This document shows positions 62,313-64,000 of a stretch of DNA of 64,000 bases, piece by piece. The DNA lies in the NCBI RefSeq assembly GCF_963676685.1, contig NC_092344.1, positions 120,280,001 through 120,344,000 of the forward strand, written 5' to 3'. Source of the stretch: Mytilus edulis. Its lineage: Eukaryota. The position numbers and the translations under genes are program-made. Position 1 is the first letter of the stretch, and each line of letters opens with the position of its first letter. Below the pieces are notes generated by a model. The model was given only the letters and a program-made list of their open reading frames with translations. It did no database searches and was not told where the DNA came from.

Positions 62313-64000
62313 ACCAGATGCTCCGCAGGGCGTAGCTTTATACGACCGCAGAGGTTGAACCCTGAACGGTTGGGGCAAGTATGGACACAACATTCAAGCT
62401 GGATTCAGCTCTAAATTTGGATTGTGATTAAATAGATGACACAGCATAAGTTTCTGACACAGAATGAATGTGTTCTAATGAACTTAAAATTTTTGTTTTC
62501 TCTTAGAGCAATTCACTATGCTGTTGAATATTAATCCTCTCAAAAAAATGTTTGAAGAAATTTTCTTTTTTATTTATGAAATTTCAAATGAGAAAAATTG
62601 AACCCAATTTTTTTAATCACATCCCCCTTTCCCTTATTCCCAAAACTAATCTCAATTAAAATTTCTAATGGAGTTTGCAACAATAACTACTCATTTAAAT
62701 ACATCTTAAAATATTATGATGTAAAAAAAACTGCTTGTTATCACTGAATGGTAAAGATTATTTTAATTTATCAGTTGGTAGTAAAAAGTGAATATACATT
62801 GTATATTGTATATAACAAAGATTTAAGTTGATTCTGGACAAAGAAAGATAACTCCAATTAAAAAAAAATCTTGCTATTGCACAATATTTTGCAATTAGAT
62901 ATTTCTTGCTTACTATTCTGGACAAAGAAAGATAACTCTAATTAAAAAAAAATTTGCTATTTCACAATATTGTGCAATTAGATATTTCTTGCCATTGCGC
63001 AATACTGTGCAATTGAAAAGACTTGCTATTGCACAATACTTAATATAATAATTTTAGATCCTGATTTGGACCAACTTGAAAACTGGGCCCATAATAAAAA
63101 ATCTAAGTACATTTTTGGATTCAGCATATCAAAGAACCCCAAGATTTCAATTTTTGTTAAAATCAGACTAAGTTTAATTTTGGACCCTTTGGACTTTAGT
63201 GTAGACCAATTTGAAAACAGGACCAAAAATGAAGAATCTACATACACAGTTAGATTTGGTATATCAAAGAACCTCATTTATTCAATTTTTGATGAAATCA
63301 AACAAAGTTTAATTTTGGACCCCGATTTGGACCGACTTGAAAACTGGGCCAATAATCAAGAATCTAAGTACATTTTTAGATTCAGCATATCAAAGAACCT
63401 AACTGATTCATTTTTTGTCAAAATCAAACTAAGTTTAATTTTGGACCCTTTGGACCTTAATGTAGACCAATTTGAAAACGGGACCAAAAGTTAAGAATCT
63501 ACATACACAGTCATGACAGTTAGATTCGGCATATCAAAGAACCCAAATTATTCAACTTTGATGAAATCAAACAAAGTTTAATTTTGGACCCTTTGGGCCC
63601 CTTATTATGTTGGGACCAAAACTCCCAAAATCAATACCAACCTTCCTTTTATGGTCATAAACCCTGTGTTTAAATTTCATAGATTTCTATTTACTTATAC
63701 TAACGTTATGGTGCGAAAACCAAAAAAAATGCTTATTTGGGTCCCTTTTTGGCCCCTAATTCCTAAACTGTTGGGACCTAAACTCCCAAAATCAATACCA
63801 ACCTTCCTTTTGTAGTCATTAACATTGTGTTTAAATTTCATTGATTTCTATTTACTTAAACTAAAGTTATTGTGCGAAAACCAAGAATAATGCTTATTTG
63901 GGCCCTTTTTTGGCCCCTAATTCCTAAACTGTTGAAACCAAAACTCCCAAAATCAATCCCAACCGTTCTTTTGTGGTCATAAACCTTGTGTCAAAATTTC
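62313..64000. mobile_element. Non-coding interspersed element with internal tandem sub-repeats, running off the window end
   Basis: Starts abruptly after a SINE-like fragment; repeated blocks 62830-62990, 63050-63595 (~270-bp period) and 63605-64000 (~165-bp period). Confidence 0.6.

Noticed and set aside
61764-64000. Search for NADAR3 exon 1; ORFs 63026-63277 and 63066-63494
   Set aside because: No FSQW or CAEQ motif found, so exon 1 is presumably beyond the window; the ORFs are translations of tandem sub-repeats.

Overview
AT-rich, intron-containing eukaryotic DNA. The repeat families (GTCY-microsatellite HINE-type elements, ~350-bp hammerhead retrozymes, Penelope-like RT fragments) suggest a bivalve mollusc, probably Mytilus; this is inferred, not proven. 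Host genes: (1) three minus-strand paralogues encoding NADAR (YbiA/DUF1768-family) proteins. Two are complete three-exon genes of 240 aa each (9137-13827, 43372-47533); the third lacks exon 1 in this window (58403-61763). All share phase-1 and phase-0 intron positions. (2) Between them, a head-to-head pair of paralogous 2x B-box + NHL-like beta-propeller genes with no RING or coiled coil (32990-34252 minus, 37921-39171 plus). Mobile DNA: a full-length, TSD-flanked, polyadenylated Tx1/L1-clade LINE (14956-22290), Penelope-like RT fragments, type I hammerhead retrozymes of two families, HINE/MITE/foldback elements, and tandem arrays of 84, 53, 142, ~68 and 49 bp. Most notable: the NADAR cluster (candidate erasers of guanine ADP-ribosylation); intronic arrays in two NADAR paralogues built from the exon-2 end plus its 5' splice site (sense in one gene, mostly antisense in the other); an unexplained hydrophobic third ORF between ORF1 and ORF2 of the LINE; and a conserved pseudoknot-like motif shared by both retrozyme families.
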